A DNA stretch of 64,000 bases from a candidate division TA06 bacterium SM23_40 (GTDB taxonomy: Bacteria > LJUI01 > SM1-40). The position numbers and the translations under genes are program-made. The stretch covers positions 193 to 64,192 of the forward strand of contig LJUI01000010.1 of the NCBI GenBank assembly GCA_001303705.1, written 5' to 3'. Below, one piece after another: positions 19,973 to 28,564 of the stretch. A model generated the notes under the pieces. It ran no database searches. It saw only the letters and a program-made list of their open reading frames with translations, and was not told where the DNA came from. The stretch's first letter is position 1; each line of letters begins with the position of its first letter.

Positions 19973-20110
19973 CTAGCGAACCGCCTGTCGTCTGCGGCCT
20001 TTGCGGCGCCTGCGCCCGAGCACCTCCCTGCCTGCTCTCGTGCTCATTCGCTTCCGAAACCCGTGGGTCCGACGCCGACTAATTCTGCTCGGCTGATATG
20101 TGCGTTTCAC
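19973..20110 (-). CDS. rpmH: 50S ribosomal protein L34
   Basis: Hand-translated and below the ORF-track cutoff. GTG start, product (M)[44 protein letters not shown], stop TAG. GGGAG lies 8 nt upstream. Confidence 0.95.
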   Translation of the reverse strand: MKRTYQPSRISRRRTHGFRKRMSTRAGREVLGRRRRKGRRRQAVR

Positions 20111-20146
20111 GATAATACTCCCGGTTCTGTTCCTGTATATCGCTGC

Positions 20147-20175
20147 ATATTAGGCGTCTGGCGCATAAAAGTCAA
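20147..20175 (-). promoter_or_regulatory. sigma70-type promoter for rpmH-rnpA (TTGACT-N17-TAATAT)
   Basis: On the minus strand, TTGACT is at 20175-20170 and TAATAT at 20152-20147, about 37 nt upstream of the rpmH GTG. Confidence 0.6.
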
Positions 20176-20203
20176 GATTTTTCTGCCTCGCCCGATTTTG
20201 CCC

Positions 20204-20233
20204 TTGACATCCGTTCATCCGTTGTCGTACCAT
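20204..20233 (+). promoter_or_regulatory. candidate dnaA promoter TTGACA-N18-TACCAT
   Basis: TTGACA at 20204-20209 and TACCAT at 20228-20233. Divergent from the rpmH promoter. Confidence 0.4.
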
Positions 20234-20499
20234 ACCACGCCGAGACTGAATCAAGATCGTACAACTTTCTGCTACTCGACATCGATGGAGAGGGTGGACT
20301 CCCGTGAGTACTGGCCGCTCACCGCGGCTGACGCCCTCCAGGCAGCTCGCAGTAGCGGTGTTTTTTGGGGCGGGCGGGCGAACGTGCCGGTACATTCTGC
20401 GGTCTGACCACAATTCCTCGCTGTGCATAACCTCACCACTCGGTGGTGTCTTTTCATCTTAAGTCGCTAGCTGACATGTGGTTCCGCTATTAGTGCTGT

Positions 20500-20600
20500 G
20501 GTGGATAATTTTGTGGGCAACTGTGGCCAGCGCATGCTCTCAACAGTCGACTCTCGGCCGTACCTGACGCTGACCGTTCGCTTCCTGCCCCTGTGGAAAA
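20500..20600. promoter_or_regulatory. DnaA-box cluster upstream of dnaA
   Basis: GGTGGATAA at 20500-20508 (reverse complement TTATCCACC) and TGTGGAAAA at 20592-20600 (reverse complement TTTTCCACA), plus weaker TGTGGGCAA and TGTGGCCAG in between. Confidence 0.55.
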
Positions 20601-20669
20601 GCCCAACTCGCACTACCTGAACTGACAGCCTATCGCCCTTCTCAATCCTGAATTCTGCGGGCTACATCG

Positions 20670-22010
20670 ATGCAACTGCCGAATGCTCAGAAACTGTGGG
20701 AGGAAACGCTCTCCCTTATTCAGGGAAGCGTGAATGGACAGAGTTTCGAGACGTGGTTCAAACCCACGCGCGGCCGGACCATCGATAACAGGGTTCTCTC
20801 GGTCGAGGTGCCGAGTCCGTTCTTCGCCGATTGGCTAGAAGAACACTACATTCAACTTATCGAAGAGGCTGCCTCTCGCGTGGCCAAGGCAAGGCTCGGA
20901 ATCTCGTTTGCCGTGGCGAAGCCCGATGGTGCCGTTCCACAATCCACGCTGCGGCGCCGCGTTCGTGCCAAGACTTACTCCGTAGACGATTCCCAACTCC
21001 ACGATCGTTATACCTTCGAGACCTTCATCGTCGGAAAGGGAAATCAATTCGCCCACGCGGCGGCTCTTGCCGTCGCGGAGGCGCCGGCTACCACATACAA
21101 TCCCCTCTTTGTGTACGGGGGAGTCGGCCTGGGCAAGACACATCTCCTGCAGGCCATCGGCAACTTCGTCAAGATGAGCTCACCCACTGCCAAAGCCTAC
21201 TACACCTCGGCCGAGAATTTCATGAACGAGATGATTCATTCCATACAGAATCGCACTACTCTCGAATTCAAGAGGAAGTACCGCTCCAATGACCTGCTCC
21301 TGATCGACGACATTCATTTCCTCGCAGACAAGGTGAGCCTGCAGGAGGAAATCTTTTACACATTCAACGCTCTCCACGAGGCAGGGAGGCAGATCGTCCT
21401 GACGAGCGATCGTCCGCCGAAAGACATCCCCTCTCTCGAGGAGCGCCTTGTGTCCCGTTTCCAGTGGGGACTTGTCGCTGATATCCAACCTCCCGACCTG
21501 GAGACGCGTACTGCCATTCTACGCAAGAAGGCAGATCGCGACGGCATCGCCATTCCTCACGACGTGACACTGTACATCGCGACCAAAGTCAAATCTAACA
21601 TCCGTGAACTCGAAGGATGCCTGATCCGCCTTCTCGCCTTTTCTTCTCTCTCCGGCCGTGAGATAACTGTCGAGCTGGCCGAGGAGGTTCTCGAAGATAT
21701 CATCGCAGACTCGTCTCCTCCGTTGAGTGTGCAACGCATTCAGTCTGTAGTCGCCGATCACCATGGAGTTTCCGAGGAGGCGCTACGCGGCCGCCGTCGG
21801 ACTGCATCAATCGCCCTCCCGCGCCAGATTGCCATGTACCTCTGCCGGAAGCTGACGAATCTCTCTCTGAGCGAAGTGGGCGCACAGTTCGGCGGCAAGG
21901 ATCACACGACGGTGCTCCACGCGTGCGACAAGATAGAGAGACGCCGCAACGTAGACCGTCCGTTCGATGCAACCATCCAGAGTCTCGAGCGACGCCTGAC
22001 ATCTGGATAG
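20670..22010 (+). CDS. dnaA: chromosomal replication initiator protein DnaA
   Basis: 446 aa. AAA+ Walker A YGGVGLGKTHLL, box VII, and C-terminal DNA-binding domain (..FGGKDHTTVLHACDKI). Confidence 0.97.
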   Translation: MQLPNAQKLWEETLSLIQGSVNGQSFETWFKPTRGRTIDNRVLSVEVPSPFFADWLEEHYIQLIEEAASRVAKARLGISFAVAKPDGAVPQSTLRRRVRAKTYSVDDSQLHDRYTFETFIVGKGNQFAHAAALAVAEAPATTYNPLFVYGGVGLGKTHLLQAIGNFVKMSSPTAKAYYTSAENFMNEMIHSIQNRTTLEFKRKYRSNDLLLIDDIHFLADKVSLQEEIFYTFNALHEAGRQIVLTSDRPPKDIPSLEERLVSRFQWGLVADIQPPDLETRTAILRKKADRDGIAIPHDVTLYIATKVKSNIRELEGCLIRLLAFSSLSGREITVELAEEVLEDIIADSSPPLSVQRIQSVVADHHGVSEEALRGRRRTASIALPRQIAMYLCRKLTNLSLSEVGAQFGGKDHTTVLHACDKIERRRNVDRPFDATIQSLERRLTSG

Positions 22011-22259
22011 AATCTGAATCTCCTGTGCACCATATGTAGACGGATCTACCGCTCGGTCCCAGTCTGTGCAATTGTGTGGATAATCGACCATGTTATGCAC
22101 GGCTTCTCCCTGCGAGCCCGTCTTGTAACCTTCTACATGACAATCGGTTACGAATTGGACCAACATATTCACACCTCCTACTACAGCATCGTATTTATAT
22201 CTATCTTAGAAGTAGATCGGGAGTGGTAACCCTTCGCATCTTGTCCGGGAGAACCAACC
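22011..22259. other. oriC: candidate oriC (dnaA-dnaN intergenic)
   Basis: Perfect DnaA box TGTGGATAA at 22075-22083 (reverse complement TTATCCACA). Near-boxes TTATGCACG at 22093-22101 and ATATTCACA at 22165-22173. The most AT-rich stretch of the window (GTATTTATATCTATCTTAGAAGTAG, 22191-22215) is a possible DUE. Coding-strand polarity switches here. Confidence 0.6.
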
Positions 22260-23378
22260 ATGGAGATACTCATAGCGCAAGAGGTTTTGACAAAGGTCCT
22301 GACGACCGTACTCCACGTAATCCCTGCCCGTACTACATTTCCGGTGCTGTCAAACATCCTGTTGGAGACTGAGGATGGAAAGATACGCGTCTCGGGCACC
22401 GACCTAGATGTGGCAGTTACGACGCAAGTGGAGGCGGAGATCAAGAGGCCAGGGGCGATCACCCTTCCCGCACGGCGCCTCGGGGAGATAGCGCGTGAGT
22501 TGCCGAAGCAGCCGGTCCGAATCGTATGCGAGGGAGAGCAGGCTGAGATCATCTGCCACCGGTCGAAGTTCCGGGTGTCGGGGATGGCGAAGGAGGAGTA
22601 TCCGGAGTTGCCCCCCCTTCCCACAGAGAGCGGTTTCCGCGTGCCTGGCAGTCTCATAGAGCGAACTGTCAACAAAGTAGCGTTCGCGGTTGCAGGCGAT
22701 GAGGCGCGGCCGGCCCTGTGCGGAGCACTGTGTCAGATCGCAGAGGGCACAATCCGATTGGTGGCGACTGACGGACATCGGCTTGCCCTCGTGGAGCGGA
22801 AGGGGCTGCCCGGGTTGCCGAAGAAACTGGAGGCGATCGTCCCGCGGAAAGCTCTGACAGAGGTAATCAGAGTGCTGGACCCGGAGAGCGAGGTAGAGAT
22901 CCGAGTCGATTCCGGACGGATAGGAATCTACCTCGGGGAAACATCCATCACCGCGCGGCTCATCGAGGGTCCGTTCCCGGACTATCGACAGGTCATTCCG
23001 AAAGAGAATCCGAACAGGGTTCGAGTTGAAGCCGGCGAACTCACCGCGGCGCTACGGCGGGTGGCGATCTTCTCAAGTCCCCATACTCATCTCGTCCGAA
23101 TGTCGCTGGGAGGAGAAGGGCTGGAGCTATTCGCTGCGACTCCCGATATCGGTGAGGCGAGAGAGAAAGTGGCATGTGAGTACGGCGGAGAGGATATGGA
23201 TGTCGGGTATAACGCCAGCTATCTTCTAGAGATACTGCGCAATGTTGGCAGCGACCAGGTGCAAATGTCACTCAGCACGCCGCTGTCGGCTGGCTTAGTG
23301 ACGCCGGAAGAGCAGGAGCAGGGAGAAGAGCTGCTCTACCTGTTGATGCCCATCAGGCTATCGGAGGCTGTGGAATGA
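22260..23378 (+). CDS. dnaN: DNA polymerase III beta sliding clamp
   Basis: 372 aa with typical three-domain clamp sequence (..ATDGHRLA.., ..LLMPIRL). Confidence 0.96.
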   Translation: MEILIAQEVLTKVLTTVLHVIPARTTFPVLSNILLETEDGKIRVSGTDLDVAVTTQVEAEIKRPGAITLPARRLGEIARELPKQPVRIVCEGEQAEIICHRSKFRVSGMAKEEYPELPPLPTESGFRVPGSLIERTVNKVAFAVAGDEARPALCGALCQIAEGTIRLVATDGHRLALVERKGLPGLPKKLEAIVPRKALTEVIRVLDPESEVEIRVDSGRIGIYLGETSITARLIEGPFPDYRQVIPKENPNRVRVEAGELTAALRRVAIFSSPHTHLVRMSLGGEGLELFAATPDIGEAREKVACEYGGEDMDVGYNASYLLEILRNVGSDQVQMSLSTPLSAGLVTPEEQEQGEELLYLLMPIRLSEAVE

Positions 23379-23638
23379 GCAGATAGCGATGCAGTGAACG
23401 TCACCGAATCCTGCCGCACCTACCTCCTGCCACTGCACTTCTGCGTGCCCACTCCCGGAACGATAGCCGAACATTCCACATGGTGCTCCCTCACCGAGTA
23501 CTACCATGTCGAGGCGGCCACTACTTGCTCGTAACCGGCTGCCCATACCGGTTGCAGGGAGTGGCAACCCTGTCTTGCGTGAGGAGCGGGGAACTAAGAA
23601 CCCGGAACACGATGGACACCACAAGGGGGGAGGCGGAG

Positions 23639-26395
23639 ATGAAGTGCGCGATGAATAGCTTCTGTCCGCTGTCAGGCCCCGGGCTTATTGTCGTGCTCGC
23701 GCTCGTTATCTCGCAGTCGGTTTGGGCTGACGTACGGGTGAATGACGATCCGCCCGGGCAGAGACAGGAGACGACGAGAGCCGATAGGGCGGTTGCCGTT
23801 GACGAGTCGGGCGCGATCCATGTCGTCTGGTCGGATCACCGGTCGGGCGACTCAGCTAGTGATATCTACTATGCCTCATCGGTCGACGGAGGGCTCTCGT
23901 TCAGCGCGAACGTGCAAGTGAACACAGAGAGCGGTGATCTCTGCGCTCATCGGGAGGCCGCCGTTGCCGTCGGGACTGACGGAGGGATCTGTGTCACATG
24001 GATCGAAGAGACGGCGGGGAGCGGGGGTACACTCCAGTGGAGAGTTCTGTTTGCCAGATCTACAGAGGGTGAAGAGAGATTCTGCGAACAGGTTCCCGTG
24101 AGCGATGAGGCCTGGTCGTCTGCCTGGAAGCGCGCTCCTTCCATGGCGGTAGACGCTTCGGGCAACATCCATATCGTCTGGGAGGATGCGCGCGATGGGA
24201 CGCGCCAGACCTATTCTTCGGTGTCGAGCGATGGCGGGTTCGAATGGACCACTGATGAGCCGGTAGCCCATGTGCCCGGAGCGACGAGTGCGTACTCGAT
24301 CACGCCATCAATAACATTCGATCCGATGTCGGGACTGGTGGCCGTCGCGTACTATGCGAAGTTTCGGTACGCTCCAGAGGGTGAAGGAGGAGGGGGTACT
24401 GCACCGACCGTGTATGTGAGTCGATCGACGGGGCTCGGCTCGGGGTTCGAGCATGCCGTTCAGGTTGCGGATGTACAGGCACAGGATAGTCTCAGCTGCC
24501 CCTCGATTGGAGCGGACGGTAGGGCGAAGCTGTATGTCGCTTGGAGCGACCGCCGGAACGGGGACTACGACATCTGGGTCTCGGGATCGACCGATGGCGG
24601 AGCGAGCTTCGAAGAAGATGTGCTTATCAGCGACGATCTAACCGGGAGCGAGCAGCTCCTTCCCTCGGTCTCGGCAGGGAACGTGGACGGGCAGCCGGAT
24701 AGCCGGGCGGTGGTCTGGGTCGGATATTGCGATCGACGAAGCGGGGACTGGGAGTGCTATCTCGCTCGGTCATTCAACAGCGGCCAGAGCTTTGGGCCGA
24801 GCCGTCGTCCGTACTCCACAGCGGTGCCGGGTCCACGCATACTCCCCTCGATCCATGTCGATGCATCGAATGCCGCGCACTGTGTGTGGACCGACCGACG
24901 CGAAGATGCCGGAGATATTTACTATCATCGGACAGTCCGTTGTTTCCTCATCTGGGACAACGATAGCGGAGTGACGTTCAACGATCCGGATGCCCAGTGG
25001 CAGAGTCTCTACTGCTTGTCGGGGCTGCATGAGACCACCTCTCCCGAGGCGGAGCTCGGGCAGGCCCTGGCTCTGGCCGACCCGGCGGCGATGGTGGTTA
25101 CCAGTGTCCAGGATGCCGATCTCGGCGAGTACGATCTCCGAGACTACGATGCGGTATTTGTCGCGCTCGGCTGGCGACCGGAATCGCTGAGTTGCGGGGG
25201 AACGATCGAGTCGACGGAGGCATCGCAGCTGGTCGAGTACCTCAAGGTGGGAGGGGGGGGGTTCTGTGAGGGGAATGACGGATTCGAGCAGTACTCGCAG
25301 CCACCCGATACGCTCGATTCCCTCTTCGCGCACTACTTCGGCGGAATCCTGGCCGATACCTCAGTCGGCCAGGTCGACTCGATCGTGGGGCAGGCGGGTA
25401 CTGTCTTCGGGGGACTCCGATTCGTGTACAGTTCCAATGACCTCGGGCCGCACACATCGATCGATGTGATAGACGCGCTGCCAGGATACGGCAGTGAGGT
25501 CTTCTCCGCAGGAGTGAGCGACGCCAGGTTGGGGAATGGGCTCGGCATCCGGTCGGTTCGATACAAAGCTATCTACTTCTCTTTTGCCCTCGGTGCGCTC
25601 GAGAACCAGGGGGTGAATACGAAATCCGAAGTAATAGAAAGAATTCTAGATGTGCTGTGTCCTGATCGGCCCTACATCGAACTCGACATCGAGGGAGATG
25701 TGAGCGAACGAGAGGCGGTCTCCTATTGTCCAGGGGATTCTCTGGCTCTCACCTATCTCATACGTAACTGCACGGACGAGAAGTTCACCGGCAGCCTCCA
25801 CCTCGTCCTGAGAGGCGGGCCGTCAGCCAGCCACTACATCGCCTCGGAGGCGTGCACTGTGGCGGCGCGGGACAGCCTGATGGGATCCCGTCACGGCGAC
25901 GCGATCCCGATGGGAGTGATCCCTTCGGACAACTACCGGCTCGTAGGATACGTCTCCTATTCCCCTGATCCCCAGAGCATCGTCAAAGGACCCGTTCTGG
26001 CGGAGGATGATTTCCACGTTATCATCTTCTCGCCTGTGTCGACGAGCCTGATACCGGATGCTTTCCCCACAATCATACCCCCGGGGGGCGGGGAGGTGGG
26101 GTACACTGCGGTATTGCGGAACGCGGTCGATCGGGACGTCACAGTAGATGTGTGGACAGCAGTTCTCGGGCCCGTTGGGCCGATCATCGACCCGGTGTTC
26201 GGGCCGCATACGGTCGCGATAGGCCCGCTGGACTCTCTCTCCCTTCATCGGGTGGACGTTGTGCCGGGCTGGGCCCCTACGGGCATGTACTGCTATTGCC
26301 TCAATTCCGGGATCAAGCCCATGGGGGGGCTCTGTAGGCGAGAGTCGGCCGCGATCTGGACCCAGGCATGTTTCGAGGCCTATAAGTTGCCCTAG
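23639..26395 (+). CDS. secreted BNR/Asp-box repeat (sialidase-like beta-propeller) protein with central ThuA/DUF4159-like region and C-terminal beta-sandwich module
   Basis: Start at ATG 23639 with GGGAGG upstream. Signal peptide MKCAMNSFCPLSGPGLIVVLALVISQSVWA. Asp-boxes SVDGGLSF, SSDGGFEW, STDGGASF, SFNSGQSF. The C-terminal ~100 aa is shared with two other proteins in the window. Confidence 0.8.
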   Translation: MKCAMNSFCPLSGPGLIVVLALVISQSVWADVRVNDDPPGQRQETTRADRAVAVDESGAIHVVWSDHRSGDSASDIYYASSVDGGLSFSANVQVNTESGDLCAHREAAVAVGTDGGICVTWIEETAGSGGTLQWRVLFARSTEGEERFCEQVPVSDEAWSSAWKRAPSMAVDASGNIHIVWEDARDGTRQTYSSVSSDGGFEWTTDEPVAHVPGATSAYSITPSITFDPMSGLVAVAYYAKFRYAPEGEGGGGTAPTVYVSRSTGLGSGFEHAVQVADVQAQDSLSCPSIGADGRAKLYVAWSDRRNGDYDIWVSGSTDGGASFEEDVLISDDLTGSEQLLPSVSAGNVDGQPDSRAVVWVGYCDRRSGDWECYLARSFNSGQSFGPSRRPYSTAVPGPRILPSIHVDASNAAHCVWTDRREDAGDIYYHRTVRCFLIWDNDSGVTFNDPDAQWQSLYCLSGLHETTSPEAELGQALALADPAAMVVTSVQDADLGEYDLRDYDAVFVALGWRPESLSCGGTIESTEASQLVEYLKVGGGGFCEGNDGFEQYSQPPDTLDSLFAHYFGGILADTSVGQVDSIVGQAGTVFGGLRFVYSSNDLGPHTSIDVIDALPGYGSEVFSAGVSDARLGNGLGIRSVRYKAIYFSFALGALENQGVNTKSEVIERILDVLCPDRPYIELDIEGDVSEREAVSYCPGDSLALTYLIRNCTDEKFTGSLHLVLRGGPSASHYIASEACTVAARDSLMGSRHGDAIPMGVIPSDNYRLVGYVSYSPDPQSIVKGPVLAEDDFHVIIFSPVSTSLIPDAFPTIIPPGGGEVGYTAVLRNAVDRDVTVDVWTAVLGPVGPIIDPVFGPHTVAIGPLDSLSLHRVDVVPGWAPTGMYCYCLNSGIKPMGGLCRRESAAIWTQACFEAYKLP

Positions 26396-26661
26396 GCCCC
26401 GACTGCCTCGTTCTGGCGGTTCATTGCACCCCCTCACTACACCCCTGGCAGCCTTCTTCCGGGCTGATCGCCCAGCGGAAGAGCGGCAGCCAGGGGTCTG
26501 TCATGAGACTTCGGTTAGGGGGGACATATCATTGCCTGCGAAATTCTCAGAAACTAAAAAGGAGACGCGGTGGCCTGTGTCTCCAGGGTCTGGAGACACC
26601 ATGTGGCAGCGTTCCCGGCGCCGCAAGCCGGGGGCGTGAGGAGGAGGTGCGGAATCGAGCA

Positions 26662-26690
26662 TTGACATTCTCGGGCGAAAACAGTATGCT
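26662..26690 (+). promoter_or_regulatory. sigma70-type promoter TTGACA-N17-TATGCT for the kinase gene
   Basis: TTGACA at 26662-26667 and TATGCT at 26685-26690, 66 nt upstream of ATG 26756. Confidence 0.55.
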
Positions 26691-26755
26691 CGTGGGGAGA
26701 CCGGGCACGTGGTCTTATCATTGTATGAGAAGTTCCCAGATATCGGGGAGGCCAG

Positions 26756-28564
26756 ATGGGAGCGGTTGTCGGGGGTCGGTACGAGCTGACAGAGGTCGCT
26801 GGAAGCGGGATTGGCGGGATAGTATACAGGGCGGTCGACCGGCTCACGGGGCGTGTAGTAGCGCTGAAGGCGGCACGGCACCTTGGTCTCTCCGCAGAGG
26901 AACCGGAGGACGTTGGCGGAGAAATTCTGCCGCCGGCTGCACTGGGGGCGCGGCTCCGGGACGAGTTTCGGACTATGGCCCGGCTCACCCATCCCAACAT
27001 CGTGCGTGTGTACGACTTCGGCGAGACCGGATCCGGAGCGCCGTTCTTCACGATGGAATTCGTGGAGGGAGGGTCGATCATCGACGCGTGTTGGCGCGAT
27101 GACATCGATGGATTAGTCTGTCTCGTGCTGGGAGTCTGTGATGCTCTCGATTACGTCCACGAGAAAGAGATTGTGCACGGTGATCTGAAGCCGGGCAACA
27201 TCCTCGTCAGCAGGGATACTCGTGGCCCCGGGGTGGTCAAGCTAACCGACTTCGGCCTCGCACGCTACGTAACGGAGATGGTGGAGAATAGAGCGCTCTT
27301 CGGCACAATCCCGTACCTCTCTCCCGAGGCGATCGCCGGAAGACCGTGCAATGGCAGGTCCGATCTCTATTCGCTGGGCGTCATCCTGTACCAGGCTCTG
27401 GCCGGGAGCCTGCCGTTCGAGGGGAGTTGGCGCGACATACTTGACCAACATCTCCATCGGCCTCCACCTCGGCTCCACGAACGCGCTTCCCATGTCTCCG
27501 TCGAACTCTCGGAGATCGTGGGACGATTGCTGGAGAAATCGCTTGCCCGCCGTATCCACTCCGCTGCAGCGCTTTCCTCTGAGCTTCGTGCGATTCTGGA
27601 GGAAAAAGGTAGTCGACTATTGCGTAGAGGCCGCGAGCTGGGTGACGGCGACTTTGTCGGGCGCGAGGCGGAGCTGGAACAGCTGAAGGAGATCGCGCTG
27701 AGGGCGCGGGGTGGAGCAGGGCAGGTGGCGGTTATCACGGGGGAGGAAGGTATCGGGACGACGCGTCTCCTTCGCGAGTTCATGAGCTGGGCGCAGGTGC
27801 AGGGATTCTTTGTGATCGACGTGATGCAAGAGCGCGGAGCGGACGCGGCAGATTCGCTGGTGCGCGGGCTGAGGCGGTCTGAGGGGCTGGCGGAGACGCA
27901 GCTATCGGCCGCGGCGGAGGCAGACCTCGATGCCATCGGCGAGCTTCTCCAGCACGCATCGGAGCGGGTCCCCATTGCGGTGATCATCGACGAGTTCGAT
28001 CGCAGTGATGCAGTCTCCGCGGGGATACTCCACTATGCAGCGAGGAGGACGACAGATCTGCCGGTGATGATCTGTGTGGGCGTAAGCCACAGAGGCGAAG
28101 GGGAGGTATCATCGGATGCACTGGACAACGTCGAGGAGATACCCGGGGCCACAGCGATCCACCTCACCGGTCTGGAACGGGAGGAGATCCGTCGTCTCGT
28201 GGGGTCAATGGCGCGGTGCCGGGTGGTGGGCAAGGAACTTGTCCGCCTCCTTGAGTCGAACACGGGGGGAAACCCGCTGCTCGTCAAGGAGTGCCTGAAG
28301 AGTCTTGCTTCCCGTGGGGCGGTTTGGTTCGAAGAGGGTGAATGCGATCTCGTGGCAGGGGAGCATGAGATCGTCGCTCCCCCGTCGGTAGAAGAGGCCG
28401 TGCTCGCCCGCCTTCAGGGGATGAGCGGGGCTGCGAGAGAGGTCGCTGAACTCGTGGCAGTGGCGGGCGGTCGGTGCCACCTGGGTGCCATCGCGGACCT
28501 GGTAGGATTGGGAGAGAACGTTCGTTCTGAGGCGCTTGCCGAACTGGCGAGCAAGCAAGGATGA
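26756..28564 (+). CDS. Ser/Thr protein kinase fused to AAA_16/STAND-type NTPase domain (N-terminal part of a split gene?)
   Basis: Kinase motifs GSGIGGIVY, VALK, HGDLKPGNIL (non-RD), DFGLA, SPE. Then GREAELEQL..VAVITGEEGIGTTRLL (Walker A with Thr in place of Lys) and Walker B VAVIIDEFD. Confidence 0.88.
   Translation: MGAVVGGRYELTEVAGSGIGGIVYRAVDRLTGRVVALKAARHLGLSAEEPEDVGGEILPPAALGARLRDEFRTMARLTHPNIVRVYDFGETGSGAPFFTMEFVEGGSIIDACWRDDIDGLVCLVLGVCDALDYVHEKEIVHGDLKPGNILVSRDTRGPGVVKLTDFGLARYVTEMVENRALFGTIPYLSPEAIAGRPCNGRSDLYSLGVILYQALAGSLPFEGSWRDILDQHLHRPPPRLHERASHVSVELSEIVGRLLEKSLARRIHSAAALSSELRAILEEKGSRLLRRGRELGDGDFVGREAELEQLKEIALRARGGAGQVAVITGEEGIGTTRLLREFMSWAQVQGFFVIDVMQERGADAADSLVRGLRRSEGLAETQLSAAAEADLDAIGELLQHASERVPIAVIIDEFDRSDAVSAGILHYAARRTTDLPVMICVGVSHRGEGEVSSDALDNVEEIPGATAIHLTGLEREEIRRLVGSMARCRVVGKELVRLLESNTGGNPLLVKECLKSLASRGAVWFEEGECDLVAGEHEIVAPPSVEEAVLARLQGMSGAAREVAELVAVAGGRCHLGAIADLVGLGENVRSEALAELASKQG

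Noticed and set aside
26414-26428. Sigma54-like promoter TGGCGG-N4-TTGCA (26414-26428). A second near-match is TGGCAA-N7-TTGC at 23562-23578, upstream of the BNR gene.
   Set aside because: The GG-to-GC spacing is one nt too short in the first and two nt too long in the second, relative to the strict TGGCAC-N5-TTGC geometry. Neither was called, although they sit in the island that encodes the sigma54 activator.
26570-26665. 31-codon ORF (GTG 26570, RBS AAGGAG) encoding MACVSRVWRHHVAAFPAPQAGGVRRRCGIEH.
   Set aside because: It has no recognisable features and lies upstream of the only good promoter. Its RBS-like sequence is part of the hairpin element. It is mentioned under that finding but not called as a gene.
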